A stretch of DNA of 64,000 nt from Octopus sinensis (lineage: Eukaryota). The stretch lies in NCBI RefSeq assembly GCF_006345805.1, contig NC_042997.1, positions 193,440,001 through 193,504,000 of the forward strand, written 5' to 3'. The notes under the pieces are model-generated. The model was not told where the DNA came from, did no database searches, and saw nothing but the letters and a program-made list of their open reading frames with translations. This document shows positions 51,514 through 64,000 of this stretch, piece after piece. How positions within the stretch are numbered: position 1 is the first letter of the stretch; each line of letters begins with the position of its first letter. The translations under genes were made by a program, and so were the position numbers.

Positions 51514-52898
51514 ATAATATAATAATAATAATAATCTAAAAACAGAAACAATTCCTATCATAGTAGGTGCATTAGGCATGATAAAAAAATATTCAGACAA
51601 ATACATAACAAAAACACCAGGACTTACAAACACATATAACATACAGAAAATTGCACTACTAGGCACTGCACACATCCTACGCAGAACACTTTCCATACAA
51701 TAACCATCATAGCATCACAACAAATCACAGCACATACCCAAGGCACACAGAGCTGCGCTCGGTAGTGAAGTGAAAGCACGCTATAAAAATAAAACTACTG
51801 AATGATAATAATAACAATAATAATAATAAAAAACAACTATTGTTGTTGTTGTTGTTGTTGTTGTTATTATTATTATTGTTATTAATATTATTATTATTAT
51901 TACTCATTTTGTATTCTATAACTCTTTTCCATTTTCTTTATATAGTTTCCTGTTTTGATTCGAAAAACCCATTCATTTCTTACAACTATTTTTATTCATC
52001 GCCTTTCCTTTTCATCTTCTAAAGAAATGAATGAGAGAGAGAGAGAAAGAGAGAGAAGTAAGAAAATTTTATTTGCATCGTTTTTAAACCGTTTTCACTA
52101 ATTATATTTTAGTCATTATTTTTTTTTATTTTAGTCGTTTTGTATTGAAGCGAACTTTTCACGTAAGTAGACGCATCTTAAACTTATGTAGATACGTTTT
52201 AATTATAAGAATCGAATACAATCTTATCTTTAGTTGCTTCAGGATTTTCTAAGTTTCACCAATTACTATTCTGATTAATTATTTGGTTTTATCATATATC
52301 ATTATTAATATTATCATTTTGTTTTTTAGCCTAAGAATATAACATTTCGAAATGCCATTTTCCACGTAAATAATTCTTCTGCAAAATAATTTAATTTCAT
52401 TTTCAATAAAGATTTTATTTTCGTGTGTGAATAACGACTGATTTATTCCCCAGAACTAAAAGAGAAGCAAAAATGGAACTATATTCCAGATATTTCTCTG
52501 AAATAGTAGCAATCTTTGAATTCTAGCGATGAACTAAAAGAGAAAATATGAATATTTTTTTATCCTGATGAGATCGTAGTTTTGTTATGAGTAAGGACAC
52601 TGGATCAGAATAGGATCCAATTGTGCTTTGTTTGTAATTTCATGTTTAATGGCAGCTGAGGGAAGATAAGGCTGTGGAGTTACTGTGAAACTGTATAATG
52701 CATCAAAAATACCTTTTCTTTTTTCTTCCTTGTTTCTTGTTTCTTTTTTTTTTTTTAGACATGGTTCTAAAGAAATTTATTGTACTACAACAATATTTGA
52801 GAACTGCGAGGAAACTGTTTTTATTCATTAACGCATTCTTATGAAATCTGTAGAGCAATCAAATATAACAGTGAAAAATGAAAAAAAGGAAACATAAA

Positions 52899-52921
52899 AT
52901 AATAATAATAACAACAACAAC

Positions 52922-52964
<43 letters not shown>

Positions 52965-53039
52965 GTAATAATAATAATAATAATAGTAGTAATAATAATA
53001 ATAATAATAATAATAATGATAATAATGATAATGATGATG

Positions 53040-53100
<61 letters not shown>

Positions 53101-53174
53101 TGATAATAATAATAATGATAATAATGATGATGATAATACTAATAATAATAATAACAATGATAATGATAATAATG

Positions 53175-53219
<45 letters not shown>

Positions 53220-53272
53220 TAATAATGATGATGATGATGATGATGATGATAATAATAATAATAATGATAATA
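52899..53272. repeat. (AAT)n/(GAT)n microsatellite, about 370 bp
   Basis: Explains the poly-I/L ORFs. Confidence 0.97.
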
Positions 53273-54201
53273 AAAGCAACTTAAAAATAGAACTAAACCA
53301 ATTACTTTCGAAACAAGTATCTCATGAATTTCATGAATAAGATGTGACCAATTCAGAAATAACAAAGACAATCCTAACTTTCCTCTACCGCTTAGAAATA
53401 TAAGGATTATAGTTTGAAAAGAGCTGAGGAAAGAATGACAAAGCCCGCCTTAAAGTGGGGGAAAAAATCAGAGAGAGAGAGAGAAAAAAAAAAAGCACAA
53501 AGGAGAAACTGAGAAAATTTGAAAATAACATGCCTTCAGGAAGTAAAAGTATGGGAATCCTTAAAAATTTGCGGTAAAAGAAAATGAAGTATCGAAAGGT
53601 GTGGATCTGTTGTTTGACGTCTTTTGTTTCATTTTTGGATTAAATTTTTTTTTTTTTTAGGTGTGGCTGTGTGGTTAAGAAACTTGTTTTGAAACCACGT
53701 TGTCTCCGAGGTTCAGTCCCACTGCAAGGCTCATTGAGCAAATGTCTTCTACTATAGCCTGGGTCAGTCAATGCCTTGTGAGTGAATTTGGTTGACGGAA
53801 ACTGAGTATATCCATCGTATACCTTTCATCTTTTACTTGTTTTAGACATATGGACTGCGGCCATGCTGGAGCACCACCTAGAAGAATGTTTAGTCCAATG
53901 GATCGACTACAGTACTTTTTTTCTTTTATTTTAAACTTATTGTATCGGTCTTCTCTGCCAAACCGCTAAGTTATGACGATGTAAACAAACCAACACCGGT
54001 TATAAAGCGGTGGTGGGCCACACACACACACAGACACACACACACATACACACACACATACGATGGGATTCTTTCAGTTTTCGTTTACCAAATCTACTCA
54101 CAAGGTTTTGGTCGACCCGAGGCCATAGTAGAAGACACTTGGCCAAAGTACCACGTAGAGGGACTAAACCCGGAACCATGTGGCTGGGAAGCAAGCTTCT
54201 T

Positions 54202-54723
54202 ATTTCTTTATTGCCCATAAGGGGCTAAACATAGAAGGGGCAAACAAGGACAGACAAAGGGATTAAGTCTATTACATCGACCCCCAGTGCGAAACTGGTA
54301 CTTAATTAATCGACCCCGAAAGGATGAAAGGCTAAGTCGACCTCGGCGGAATTTGAACTCAGAACGTAGTGGCAGACGAAATACTGCTAAGCATTTCGCC
54401 AGGAATGCTAACGATTCTGCCAGCTCGCCGCCTTAAGCAGAAAGCTTCTTACCACACAGCAGCGCCTGCCCCTTTATGTATATATATATATATTTGTTTA
54501 CTACCCACAAGGGGCTAAACATAGAGGGGACAAACAAGGACAGACAAAGGAATTAAGTCGATTACATCGACCCCAGTGCGAAACTGGTACTTAATTTATC
54601 GACCCCGAAAGGATGAAAGGCAAAGTCGACCTCGGCGGAATTTGAACTCAGAGCGTAACGGCAGACGAAATACGTCTACGCATTTCGCCCGGTGTGCTAA
54701 CGTGTCTGCCAGCTCGCCGCCTT
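54202..54723 (-). mobile_element. Two S1 SINEs (54202-54434, 54491-54723) separated by a 56-bp duplicated spacer
   Basis: 54435-54490 is identical to 54724-54779. Confidence 0.9.
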
Positions 54724-54865
54724 AAGCAGAAAGCTTCTTACCACACAGCAGCGCCTGCCCCTTTATGTATATATATATATATACAATAGTACCTCGGTTT
54801 TCGAACAACTCTGATCGCGAATAAATCGTGCGTCATATACAAATATGCAGACACACACACACACA

Positions 54866-54900
<35 letters not shown>

Positions 54901-54933
54901 CACACACATACACACACACGCACACATATATAT

Positions 54934-56140
54934 AATATGGGACAGGACCGCTTTTGGCAGTAATTACAGCTTAAATTCTACGAGGTATGGACTCGTACAA
55001 GGTTTGAATTGTTTCCAAAGGAATTTTTGTCCATTCTTCAGCTAAAACACTCTCCAGTTCTTGTAGTGATGATGGTGGAGGATATCGACCCCTTACTTGC
55101 TTTTCTAAAATGCACCATAAATGTTCAATAATATTGAGATCTGGAGACTGTGGTGGCCAGCTAAGATGTTCAACTTCATTAGAATGTTCCTCGTACCATT
55201 CAGTAACAACTTTAGCTGTGTGAATTGGTGCATTATCATCCTGAAAGATCGCGTTTCCCTCCGGAAACAGTTCCGCAACCATAGGATGAATTTGATCAGA
55301 TAAAATGCTTAAATAGTCTTGACTATTCATTCTGCCATGAAGGGAAACCATTGGACCGGCGGATTTCCAAGATATAGCCCTTCAGGTCATCACAAATCCT
55401 CCTTCATGTTTAACAGTTCGAAGAAGGTAGTCTGGGTCAAATGCTTCTTTTGGCTGTCTCCACTCGTATCCTCGGCCGGTGGTCGGAAATAAAGTAAAGG
55501 ATGATTCGTTCAAAAAAATAACATTCTTCCACTGCTCTAGGGGGCCAATTCTGTAGGTTTTTACTCCATTCTAAAAGCTTTGCAACGTTTGTTTTTGAAA
55601 GTAGTGGTTTTCTGATTGCAGCCCTCCCGTGAAATCCGGCTTTGTGAAGCTCCCGGCGAATAGTGGAAACTGGGTTCTAGAGGTGGTCATTAAGCTCTGC
55701 AGTAATTTTGGGAGCTGTACATTTGTGATCCTTTCTAACAACTCTCCTAAGAGTCCGACGATCCTTATCTGAAAGTTTTGGTTTTCTTCCGCAGTTTTGT
55801 TTCCACGGGGAGGTTTTTCCCTCTTTCTCAAAGGCTGTCATTACTTTCGAGACAGTACTTCTTGATACACCAAACATTTCGACAGTTTTCGTTACGCTGG
55901 CGCCTGCCATAAGAGCACCAACAATTTGACCAATTTGAAAGTCCGATAGATCTGTCATTTTAATGAATTTTAATTACCTTTTTCTGATGATATCTGAAAA
56001 GAAACAGCAATTTTAGCAAAACATATTAAGCAACACTAATCAAAAAAGATAAGAATAAACAAGTTTTCGATGGTTTTATAGATATTTCAAAATTATGATG
56101 CTATGATGCTAGGTGTTTCCAATATTTCGTCCAATCCCTG
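54934..56140 (-). mobile_element. Tc1-family transposon relic (DD34E-type C-terminus)
   Basis: TA-cagggattggacg.. 5' TIR; MTDLSDFQIGQIVGA.. HTH (55677-55958); FQDDNAPIH..WPPQSPDLNIIEHLW (54971-55351); frameshifted, 3' TIR eroded. Confidence 0.92.
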
Positions 56141-56156
56141 TATAATAATAATAATA

Positions 56157-56222
<66 letters not shown>

Positions 56223-56265
56223 GTGACAACAAAAGAATGAGACCTCGATACTAGGTAAATAGAGG

Positions 56266-56321
<56 letters not shown>

Positions 56322-57032
56322 TGTGTGTGTATAGTTTAGGACAATCAGTAAGTTGTCATAATAGTACTTGAAGTTTCAAATACCGGAGCTAAGAGTTACA
56401 ATGCATTTGAAACTCCGAGTACTATTATAACAACTTACTGTTTGTCCTAAACTATACATAGATACATATACAAACATACAAACATACATACATACATACA
56501 TACAATGCTCGTAGCTTAGTTTTTCCTTGGGGCTGGCCAGATTGGAGCAATCTCAAGATTAATTAGCCGAAATTGCGAGGATGAACCGGTTCTTGACTGA
56601 AGATTAGAGGCTTCGAATGACTCGTCCATGTTTTTTGTATCGTCCATTTGGATGTTTTGCGGTTTTGTCCCATTTTGTATTTTATATATATATATATACG
56701 ACGGGCTTCTTTCAGTTTCCGTCTACCAAATTCACTCACAAGGCTTTGAACGACCCGAAGCTATAGCAGAAGACACTTGCCCAAGGTGCCACGCAGTGGG
56801 ACTGAACCTGGAACCATGTGGTTGGGAAGCAAGCTTCTTACCAAACAGCCACACCTGCGCCTATATTTATATTTGAAAAAATGAATAGAAATTGCTTTTC
56901 TGATAATTTTTTCACTTTAATAATTAGATGTTCATATGAACAACTAATTTTTAATGTGGAAAAATTGTGAGAAAAGCCATTTCTATTCATTTTATTTTTC
57001 AAATATATAATACTGCAACAAGGACTTTCTAC

Positions 57033-57065
<33 letters not shown>

Positions 57066-57280
57066 AACATAAGTTTGTGTGTGCATGTTGTGTGTGTGTG
57101 TATGTGTGTGTGGTGTTTTGTGTATGTGTGTCGTGTGTATTTGCATTTGCCCTTCCCCACTGCTTGACAACCGATATTCGTTTGCGTCCCTATAATTTAG
57201 CGGTTCGACAAAAGAGTATACAATAAATACCATCCTTAAAAAAAGTATTAGGATTGATTTGTTCATCTAAACCTCTTCAG

Positions 57281-57582
57281 GTGGAGGCACATGGCCTAGT
57301 GGTCAGAGCAGCGGACTCGCGCTCGAGGGACCGCGGGTTCGAATCTCAAACTGGGCGATGTGTGTGTTTATGAGCAAAAACCCCTAAGCTCCACGCGGCT
57401 CCGGCAGAAGGTAATAGTGAACTTCTGCTGACTCTTCCGCCACAACTTTCTCTCGCTCTTTCCACCTGCATCTTGCAGCTCACCTGCGACGGACCGGCGT
57501 CCCGTCCAGGTGGGGAAACTATACGCCAAGGAAACAAGGAAACTGGCCCTAATGAGCCAGGCGTGGCTCGGAAGGAATAAAC
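57281..57582 (+). mobile_element. S3b SINE inserted in an S2 3' half
   Basis: TSD aaacctctt(c/t)a (57269-57279, 57583-57593). Confidence 0.88.
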
Positions 57583-57958
57583 AAACCTCTTTAAGGCGGT
57601 GCCCCAGCGTGACCGCAATCCAGTGAGCTAAGCAAATGAAAGAAGTGAAAGTTAAAAGATTACTTCTTTTCCTTCTTTATTTAAATTTCGGATTTAAGAT
57701 GTCGGCAGAAAGGAAAAGTGTGGGAATCCTAAAGAAATGGCAGTAAAGCAAAATGGAATGTTGAGGGGCTGTGGAGCGGTTGCGATCCTCTTTTCTCTTC
57801 TATTATTTTTTTTCTGGCTTCAGTGATTTAACTGCGGCCAGATGGGGTGCTGTTTGCAAAGGTTTTAGTCGATCATAATTATTTCATAGTTCTAGTCCAG
57901 TCCTGCTCAAATTGCAGCCCACGGGACTTTCTTCAGCGCACGCCAAACGAAAAGTTAC

Positions 57959-58109
57959 CTTCAATGTTTTCAGATGATGAGCCATGTCTCGTGGGGTCTG
58001 CTTCTCAAAAAAAGATTGCTCATACCTGCTCAAGTCAGATATAAAATGCAAAGGGGACATTGACGTGAGTGGAGATAATTCCGTGGTACATGAATATAAC
58101 AGAGCATTC
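57959..58109 (-). CDS. Candidate coding exon, unknown protein
   Basis: Open frame NALLYSCTTE..RYEQSFFEKQTPRDMAHHLKTLK, AAG|GTAACT donor, weak acceptor. Confidence 0.18.
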
Positions 58110-58822
58110 CTGATCGAATGTATAAATTCACGCACAAACACACACTTCCCGCGAATTAATTTCCATTCACAAAGAATTGAGTTATTCAAAGCTGTGGCAT
58201 GAAATATTGAAGGGGTCCGAACCCAGAACCATGTGATTGCAAAGCGAACCTTTTAACCACACAGTCATGCTTGCCGTTTACTTCAGAAGAATAAATTGTA
58301 ACATAAACATCGTGTTTAGCTTGAAGTGTAAAGTGAAAATGGATTATTGTAATGTAGTTAAATTCTAATGGTTATATTCCATGATTTGTATTCAGCGAAG
58401 AGATGAAGAGTGTCCAAGTTGGACAAATTCGGCGACAACGTGCACATTATTCATCGAAATTTGACAAAAGATGTTCCAGAGAGACAGAGAAAGAGAGAGA
58501 AAGAGAGAGGCGCGAATCTGCACTAGTACTCAGCTAGCACTGTATAATAAATTAAGCACTCAGAAAATTTTTTCTTTCTTTCTTTCTTTCTTTCTTTACT
58601 ACTTTCTTTCTTTTTTTCTTTCTTTCCATCAAACAAAGCAGGAGAGTTTGTTTGTAAAATCTTTATTGACATCACCTTACGGACATTTCATTAACATAAA
58701 ATATTATTCAGTTATATAATATAAATAATATATATACCAAAAGTTACGCGGCATATGGTACGCGTCCTCTTCACGGGTAACCTTCAGATACACGGGAATG
58801 TTCGTGTAGTTCTGTATACTGT

Positions 58823-58853
<31 letters not shown>

Positions 58854-59270
58854 CATACATATAAAAGGGATGATCTGTAAGTGGACATCCATTATGCTAG
58901 AAGAAGATCCGCTATGGTCATACCACTAAGAAAGGAATGCTCTCAAGAAAATTTAGCAAATTTCCCTACCTCAAATTTTAATCCCCTGTCTCTTTAAATG
59001 TAGGTTATATGTATTTCTTATTTTTCTTTCTATAAATTCTTATTATTTTGTTTTCTTATTTTGATATCCTTGCCTATTAACCGCTTATCCCTTATAAGTT
59101 GTTACTGTTCTTAAATTTATACAAAATGAATTATCCACTCATTGTAATTTGTTTCTGTTTCTTTTACTTGCTTCTGTTATTTAACTGTGGCCATGCTGGG
59201 GCACCTTCATGAAGGGTTCAGTCAAACAAATCGACACCATTACTTAGATCTTTACAAATCTGGTTGTTAT

Positions 59271-59612
59271 TGTATCGGTCTTTTGCTGAACCGCTAAGTT
59301 ATGGGGGACGATATTACCTAAATTAATTTTTGCACGCTTCCTTGTCATTGCATCGCTCTCTTTTGCTGAACCGCTAAGTCACAGGGACGAAATTACCTAT
59401 ATTAATTTTTACAAGCCTCCATGTTATTGCATCGGTCTCTTTTGCCGAACCGCTAAGGCACGGGGACGAAATTACCTATATTAATTTTTACAAGCCTCCA
59501 TGTTATTGCATCGGTCTCTTTTGTCGAACCGCTAAGTTATGGGGACGAAATTACCTATATAAATTTTACAAGCCTCCTTGTATCGGTCTCTTTTGCTGAA
59601 CCGCTAAGTTAT
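59271..59612. repeat. About 79-bp minisatellite, about 4.4 copies, half derived from S2
   Basis: Units start at 59271, 59349, 59428, 59507, 59579. Confidence 0.92.
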
Positions 59613-60159
59613 GTTAATTAAATAAGGTGACACAGCTCAGTATCATCTGAACGATGATTCACATGATCAGAGGTGCTCCAGCCTTGAACATCCCGTCTTT
59701 TTAAAGATATATAGGTCTGCATTATCAAATAATACGTTCCAAGAGAAGGAAGTACGAGATCAGGCAGTTGTGAGGGACATAGGCCATTATAATAGTGTTA
59801 ATGACATATTCTAGTCAAAATATGGAATTACAAATAAAGCTATCTTCCGTCCCGACTTATTTCCTGGAGACACATTTTGTGTTAATTTGAATGAGTGTCA
59901 TGTCAGATCGAATTCATAAGGAGTCGAAGGCCCAGCTCTTCATACTCTGTTATTAGTGTTGATGTCGTGGCATCGTAGTAATGACCAGTTTCCATACCAG
60001 GGAAAAAAATTATATTTCCACCTGGTTTTGTTTTTAAATTGCTGATGCTATGTGTCGGTTGTATCCCTTAACAGAAATGTTACCGTTTTATGCTGACAGA
60101 GTAGGATTCGAACTCAGAATGCAGAGACCCGAGACAAATACTGCAAGGTATTCTGTCCA

Positions 60160-60398
60160 AGGTATTATGGCGGCAAGCTGGCAGAAACGTTAGCGCGCCA
60201 GGCGAAATGCTTAGCGGGATTTCGTTGCCGCTACGTTCTGAGTTCAAATTCCGCTGAGGTCGACTTTACCTTTCATCCTTCCGGTGTCGATTAAATAAGT
60301 ACCAGTTGCGCACTGGGGTCGATGTAATCGACTTAATCTGTTTGTCTGTCCTTGTTTGTCTCCTCTGTGTTTAGCTCCTTGTGGGTAGTAAAGAAATA
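60160..60398 (+). mobile_element. S1 SINE
   Basis: TSD ggtattctgtcca (60147-60159, 60399-60411). Confidence 0.92.
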
Positions 60399-61643
60399 GG
60401 TATTCTGTCCAGCTCTTTAACAATCCCGCCAATCTTGTGTCTTTTGTATCGACCTCGAAAGGATGAAAGGCAAAGCTGGCTTCGGAAGGATTTGAACTCA
60501 GAGCGCAGGAAGTTGAAATAAATGGCGCGTGATATTCTGTCCAAGACTCTGACGGATTCTACCAGTTCGCCGCCTATAGTGTTGTCATCCCGTAGTAAGT
60601 AAATAATTGTTACATGTGACAATTCTTTCTATTATAGGTACAAAGCCTGAAATTTGTGGCCAGGAGGCCAGTCGATTATATCGACCCGAGTGCTCGACTG
60701 GTACTTATTTTATCGACCCCGAAAGGATAAAAGGTAAAATCAACCCTCGGCGGAATTTGAACTCAGAACGCTAAGACAGACGAAATGCTGCTAAGCATTT
60801 TGCCCAGAGTGCTAATGATTCTGCCAGCTCGCCACCTTTTTCACGTGTAATAATCAAGTGATTTTCCCATATCTAATAATGGAGTGATTGCTAGTTATTT
60901 TGAGCTAAAAATTTTCCATGGAATAGACTGATTTTATGGTTTAATCAGAGGTGGATGAGCAACGCCTCCGAAACTGTGTGGAGGGAAAAAGGAATGATGA
61001 AGATGTCCTCAAACAAGAGACCTGATCGAATATTTGTAACAGATTGGACTCCGCCAATGATACCCACGGGAAACATTATGTTTACACGTCCACTCCCAAA
61101 TAGAAACTCTCAATTAGGTTTACACATAGTTACTGCTGATGAAATTCCACTTACAAAGCTTTGATCGACTCGAAGCTTTGTTAGAACGCTTGTCTCCGAT
61201 ACCAAACAATGGAATTGAACGCGAAAGCATGCTGTTGTTGAGTAAACTTAACGACGCACCCCTCTTCAGGAGGCTAAGGTGTCTGACAAAGCGCATATCA
61301 TGAAAACTAAGATAACTCCCACGTTTTGTTAATAGCGATAGATAAAGCGGAAGTAATTAAAATTACGATAATTAGATTTCTAAACGATATCCTTTATGAG
61401 TAATGTTTGTAAAATTAAAGAAATACTAAAACAGAAAGTATGTTATACATTGTTTTCAAAGGAGTGTAAGTATAGGCATAGGAGAGGCTGTGTGGTAAGA
61501 AGTTTTTGCTTCCTAACCAAATGGTTCCGAGTTCAGTCCCACTGCGTGGCATCTTGGGCAAGTGTCCTCTACTATAGCCTCGGGCCGACTAAAGCCTTAT
61601 GAGTGAATTTGGTAGAGAGAAACAGTGTGGAAGTTTATTGTTT

Positions 61644-62036
61644 AGGCGCAGGAGTGGCTGTGTGGTAAGAAGCTTGCTACCCAATCACATGGTTTCAGGG
61701 TCAGTCCCACTGCGTGGCACCCTTGGGCAAGTGTCTTCTACTATAGCCTCGGGCCGACCAAAGCCTTGTGAGTGGATTTGGTAGACGGAAGCTGAAAGAA
61801 GCCCGTCGTATATAGATATACTATGTATTTGTGTGCCTGTGTTTGTCCCCCCAACATCATTTGACAACCGATGCTGGTGTGTTTACGTCCCCATATCTTA
61901 GTGGTTCTGCAAAAGAGACCGATAGAATAAGTACTAGGCTTACAAGGAATAAGTCCTGGGGACGATTTGTTCGACTAAAGGCGGTGCCCCTGCATGGCCG
62001 CAGTCAAATGTCTGAAACAAGTAAAAGATTAAAAGA
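61644..62036 (+). mobile_element. S2 SINE, full length (another S2 head at about 61480-61630)
   Basis: Family head, body and tail. Confidence 0.9.
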
Positions 62037-62131
62037 ATATGTTGACAAAAGGTTTGCAATTCCCGTATATGAAGATAAAAATGTGGTTTTTACTTTTGTC
62101 GTTATTCACGACCTCTTCAATGACATGCACT

Positions 62132-62513
62132 AGTGGAGGCGCAATGGCCCAGTGGTTAGAGCAGCGGACTCGCGGTCGGAGGATCGCGGTTTCGATTCCA
62201 AGACCGTGCGTTGTGTGTGTGTTTATTGAGCGAAAACACCTAAATTTCCACGAGGCTCCGGCAGGGGTGGTGGCGACCCCTGTTGTACTCTTTTGCTCCA
62301 ACTTTCTCTCACTCTTTCTTCCTGTTTCTTGTCCCCGATTTCTTACGCAACCGCTGAGCCTGGATGCGCATTCATCCATCCGTCGATGCTCTCGGTGCCG
62401 GGGATTGACCTGCTTTCTCATCTGCGGGTCTTACGAATAGCAAAGGACCACGTTTCGGACTTCTCCCACTCTGGGACGAAGACCGCTTCGCTCAACAAAC
62501 AAACAAACAAACA
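62132..62513 (+). mobile_element. S3c SINE
   Basis: S3 head/body, unique tail ending (CAAA)n; exact TSD aatgacatgcact (62119-62131, 62514-62526). Confidence 0.92.
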
Positions 62514-63191
62514 AATGACATGCACTCTCTGTTCAAGGTCTGCCCTGAGTCTTATGTCTGTGTATATTACATGCCTTTATGTGTGCATGGAGATGTTTGT
62601 TTGCTTAAAGAGAAAAGCCGCGACAATTAGCCAAGAAATAATTAATTCAGTTTTTTTTAAAAAGAATGCTCTCAATTTCAAGGGTGTGTAATTGTACATA
62701 ATTGTGTACGTTATTGTCTGCATTTAGTATACATTTATTAAATTTTTAAAGTATTCTTTTATTTTTGTTTAGTATCCATTTATTATTTTTTTAAAAGTTT
62801 CATTGTAATTAGAACTACTCAACTTTCAGATGACAAGCTGACACAGTCATATATCAAGGACCATTTCAAGGACCAGCCGACAACACAGGATTGTGTACAC
62901 ATCTGTAATCTGTATGTGTTTATGTATTTATGTACATATGCAGATACTCACGCACTATATGTTCTACATAGACTCACACATACACATACACATACACACA
63001 CATATATATACACACTCATACACACACACATATATACACACTCACATATATCTGTCTATCTTTCTATCTATCTGTCTATTTACCTCTCTTTCCCTTTCTC
63101 TCTCTCTCTTTGTAGATATACATACATATATATAAATATACATGTAGATACATATACATATATATTCATATAAACACACACACACATATAT

Positions 63192-63263
<72 letters not shown>

Positions 63264-64000
63264 CATACACACACACGTGTGTGTGTGTGTGTGTGTGTAA
63301 AGAAAGACGGGGTTACAAGGCAAGTGAAGTCTGCAGTTGACACTTAAGTGTCTGACCAACGTAACATAAGCCCTATTAATGTAATGGCTTGAAAAAAATT
63401 TTTAATTACATCACTTATACAGCAATTATTCTCTAAATTTCACTATTAACTCAGTAACAACCTCAATAATATCTGAAGACTTCTCTCATTGCTTTATTCT
63501 ATCAAACTAGTGTTCCAGTTAAAACACACCGCTAGATATTTCCTCTATGACTAAATATTGGACAATTTCACTAAAGCTAGTGAATGCAGCCGACATAACA
63601 AGCGAATGAAACCCAATGCTTCTCTTCAGCATTTACGACCTTTAATCATGGCAAACCATTTTGGAAATCAATATTCCTTTATGTTTCTTCACTCCTACAT
63701 ATTTTTGTAAATATTTAGTTAAAAGAAAATTTTCCAAAAATTTAATATATTAACTTTTGATAGCTTAAATGTGGAAACAGCCATCGTTTTTATTTGCAGT
63801 AAACGTTGTGTTGTCGCCCTGGTGTCTATAGTTTATTGTTTAATATATCTATGTACGGTAAGTGTTGTGTTGTAGATCTGATACTTATAGCTTATTGTCT
63901 AGAATTTATGTGAATGTGTTTTAATGTGGTGCCTATAGCTTAAGCATGCATTCCAACCACATGGTTCCGGGTTCAGTCCCTCTGCGTGGAACGTTGGGGA

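Noticed and set aside
52561-52620. CUGAUGA-GAUC..GAUC..GAAUA-GGAU hammerhead-like pattern
   Set aside because: Lacks the GAAA and stem III needed for the fold.
59271-59612. CRISPR-like appearance of the tandem array
   Set aside because: Spacers are near-identical rather than unique, the repeat derives from a SINE, and the context is eukaryotic with no cas genes.
62132-62210. tRNA-like heads of S1-S4 as tRNA genes
   Set aside because: A/B boxes are present but no complete cloverleaf; they continue into SINE bodies with TSDs.

Overview
AT-rich eukaryotic DNA, dense in transposons and microsatellites. The SINE repertoire looks like octopus/cephalopod genomic DNA; this is pattern recognition, not a database result. 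There is one confident gene: an intronless dCMP deaminase (DCTD, 4285-4842, +) with intact HAE and PCxxC motifs. Its last 8 codons and about 3 kb downstream are duplicated upstream (88-3546 vs 4819-7827). The rest is mostly tRNA-headed SINEs (working names S1-S4), LINE remnants (CR1, RTE, Tx1/L1-like), Penelope-like fragments, Tc1/mariner relics, hAT- and Mutator-like MITEs, a GGATC-ended MITE family (M1) with telomere-like tracts, Helitron-like elements and simple repeats. Main leads: (1) a Tx1-like LINE and the S1 SINE share a ~42-nt 3' tail and a GGTA(T) insertion preference, which would explain S1 nesting into itself at one fixed position; (2) a near-canonical type I hammerhead ribozyme at 30777-30863; (3) unusually long target duplications (175 bp at a MITE, 56 bp at a SINE); (4) a few weak candidate minus-strand exons. 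No CRISPR, rRNA or true tRNA genes were seen. Family names S1-S4, M1 and R are my labels, and repeat boundaries without a TSD are approximate.
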